Source: Candidatus Helarchaeota ASGARD archaeon Hel_GB_B
Lineage (GTDB): Archaea > Asgardarchaeota > Lokiarchaeia > Helarchaeales > HEL-GB-B
Length of the DNA: 6,388 nt
Direction of reading: 5' to 3'
NCBI GenBank assembly: GCA_005191425.1
Contig: SUPR01000152.1
Location: forward strand, 1-6,388
Part shown: piece by piece, positions 4,991 to 6,388 of the stretch
How the letters are laid out: each line of letters starts with the position of its first letter
Position numbering within the stretch: the stretch's first letter is position 1
Program-made: the position numbers and the translations under genes
Notes under the pieces: model-generated
Database searches by the model: none
The model's input: only the letters and a program-made list of their open reading frames with translations
What the model was told of the DNA's origin: nothing

Positions 4991-5842
4991 TTAAATTAGT
5001 ATTTGTGATGCCGCAGCTAGCATTATCGCGCTAATATACTCATTTACCGGGCCAACGCGAGAAGTATCTATAATTATTTTGCTTTGAAATAATGGTTCAA
5101 TATAAATTGCGCCATGAGATAGACCATTTCCTAAATGTACCAATGTCCTATAGACTAAATTTCCTGAGATCCCATCAGGAGCTATTAGATAATTACTTTT
5201 TTCTATTGCTTTTTCGATTAGAATTTCTGAATGAAAAATGTATTGGAGACCTTTATTTTTCATTTTTTCGACCAGTTTTTCTGCGATTTTAATGGTTTCA
5301 TCAATATATTTATCTCTCCCGATATCCCCTAACCGTCCTCCAGATAGAATTGCAATAGATGGATTAAACCCAAATTTCTTTAAGATTTCGTGTCCTTGCT
5401 CTATAAAAAAGGCTTTTTCTTCAAATGTGCGCCCCTCATCAATTCCTACAGGAGCAAAGAAAAAGTCTCTTCCTTTTGTATCTTCTAAAAGTGCAATACG
5501 TGAGATCTTGTTTAACATAAAGTTTTTTTTGACTTCTTTTAAAAAATTACTTGAACTGAGAGTGCCTCTAACAATTCCGTCCACTCGATTTTCTAAAAGT
5601 AATTGTATCATCTTGAAACTTGGGTTATTACTAATTATTAATTCGATATTTTTACCCATGGACAGATCGGATATATTTATTTTTAATTTACTAACTAAAA
5701 TTATTTTAAATTGTTCTAGTTGATTAAAATATTTTATAACTTGTTTTATTCTATCGATATATATTTCATCCGGGCTAATTCCAATTGCAATTCGGTTATA
5801 TTTTTTCAACGCCAAACTTTTTATTTTTTCAATGATTTTCAA
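4991..5842 (-). CDS. mtxX: MtxX / methanogenesis marker protein 4 homologue (phosphate acetyl/butyryltransferase fold), 283 aa
   Basis: Family-typical blocks DGIVRGTLSSS, RIALL, FFFAPVGIDEG, ILSGGRLGDIGR, IAPDGISGNLVYRTL.HLG.G...GA and IIIDTSR. The start is TTG (CAA at 5840-5842), with AGGTA 7 nt upstream. Confidence 0.85.
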   Translation of the reverse strand: MKIIEKIKSLALKKYNRIAIGISPDEIYIDRIKQVIKYFNQLEQFKIILVSKLKINISDLSMGKNIELIISNNPSFKMIQLLLENRVDGIVRGTLSSSNFLKEVKKNFMLNKISRIALLEDTKGRDFFFAPVGIDEGRTFEEKAFFIEQGHEILKKFGFNPSIAILSGGRLGDIGRDKYIDETIKIAEKLVEKMKNKGLQYIFHSEILIEKAIEKSNYLIAPDGISGNLVYRTLVHLGNGLSHGAIYIEPLFQSKIIIDTSRVGPVNEYISAIMLAAASQILI

Positions 5843-5848
5843 ATTCTA

Positions 5849-5854
5849 TACCTA
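5849..5854 (-). promoter_or_regulatory. Shine-Dalgarno-like TAGGTA before the mtxX TTG start
   Basis: The minus strand reads ...aatttatAGGTatagaatTTG. Confidence 0.5.
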
Positions 5855-5904
5855 TAAATTAGTTGAAAAATATATTAGAATAAAACATTATTATAAATGA
5901 AAGA

Positions 5905-5931
5905 AAAAATTTTCATATTAAAAATTTTCAT
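5905..5931. repeat. 12-bp direct repeat AAAAATTTTCAT (2 copies, period 15) in the divergent promoter region
   Basis: Copies lie at 5905-5916 and 5920-5931. ATGAAA at 5897-5902 is an inverted partial copy pairing with TTTCAT at 5911-5916. Confidence 0.6.
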
Positions 5932-5964
5932 GATAAATATGCAGATTAATTTTGGAGAGATAAT

Positions 5965-6388
5965 TTGAGAAATAACGGTTTAGATAACTTAAAAACAACA
6001 AAAGAGAATATAGTTTCGAGTATAATTCCGTCAGTTATTGATGAAAAGAGTTTTGAAGCAGTCCAAGAAGATATAGAATATGCAAGTGTTTTTATGTTTA
6101 TAGAGCATGATAGAAGACGGAATATTATTTTTAAAAATAGTAAGTATTTATCATTCGGAAAATACTATTGGCCCATGATTATAATTCAAGTAGACCCAAA
6201 AAATTACATTTTTATAGATAATTTGAACTTTTTTTCATTACAATTTAAGAATTGTGAATTTAAAAAGCCGGAAAATGTAATTGAAGTTAAGAGCACAAAC
6301 TACACTGAATATAAAATTATTAAAGATAATATTAAAAAAATTAAATCAATTTTAAACGATATTTATTTTTATCCTAAAAAAATCGAAG
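5965..6388 (+). CDS. Uncharacterised protein, 3'-truncated (at least 141 aa), absent from the ORF track
   Basis: After an in-frame TAA at 5947-5949, TTG at 5965 has GGAG at 5954-5957 (7-nt spacing). The frame stays open to the window end: MRNNGLDNLKTTKENIVSSIIPSVIDEKSFEAVQEDIEYASVFMFIEHDRRRNIIFKNSKYLSFGKYYWPMIIIQVDPKNYIFIDNLNFF...YFYPKKIE. Confidence 0.78.
   Translation, partial: MRNNGLDNLKTTKENIVSSIIPSVIDEKSFEAVQEDIEYASVFMFIEHDRRRNIIFKNSKYLSFGKYYWPMIIIQVDPKNYIFIDNLNFFSLQFKNCEFKKPENVIEVKSTNYTEYKIIKDNIKKIKSILNDIYFYPKKIE

Noticed and set aside
5092-5723. Plus-strand ORFs 5092-5292 and 5238-5723
   Set aside because: Both are antisense shadows of mtxX.

Overview
AT-rich archaeal chromosomal window. 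It is possibly Asgard (Loki/Hel-like), but that assignment is inference. From left to right it contains: (1) the 3' part (at least 380 aa, running off the left edge) of a large low-complexity protein with two tandem-repeat arrays (42 bp/14 aa PPPKP[TA/AT]PAPSFPT, about 5 copies; 24 bp/8 aa P[I/M]PIEEPS, about 8.75 copies), three FxPF motifs and a C-terminal C4 zinc ribbon; (2) archaeal-type glutamyl-tRNA synthetase gltX; (3) two old, tandem Sir2-family NAD-dependent deacylase paralogues on the minus strand, convergent with gltX; (4) a divergently transcribed MoaD/SAMP/Urm1-like ubiquitin-fold protein ending in GGG; (5) an MtxX/methanogenesis marker 4 homologue (minus strand, TTG start) that keeps phosphotransacetylase active-site motifs; (6) the 5' part of an uncharacterised protein (TTG at 5965) missing from the supplied ORF track. 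I found no RNA genes, CRISPR arrays or mobile elements. The best leads are the sirtuin pair + ubiquitin-like + PTA-fold cluster, class-I-like signatures in the sirtuins, and the motif-rich disordered zinc-ribbon protein.
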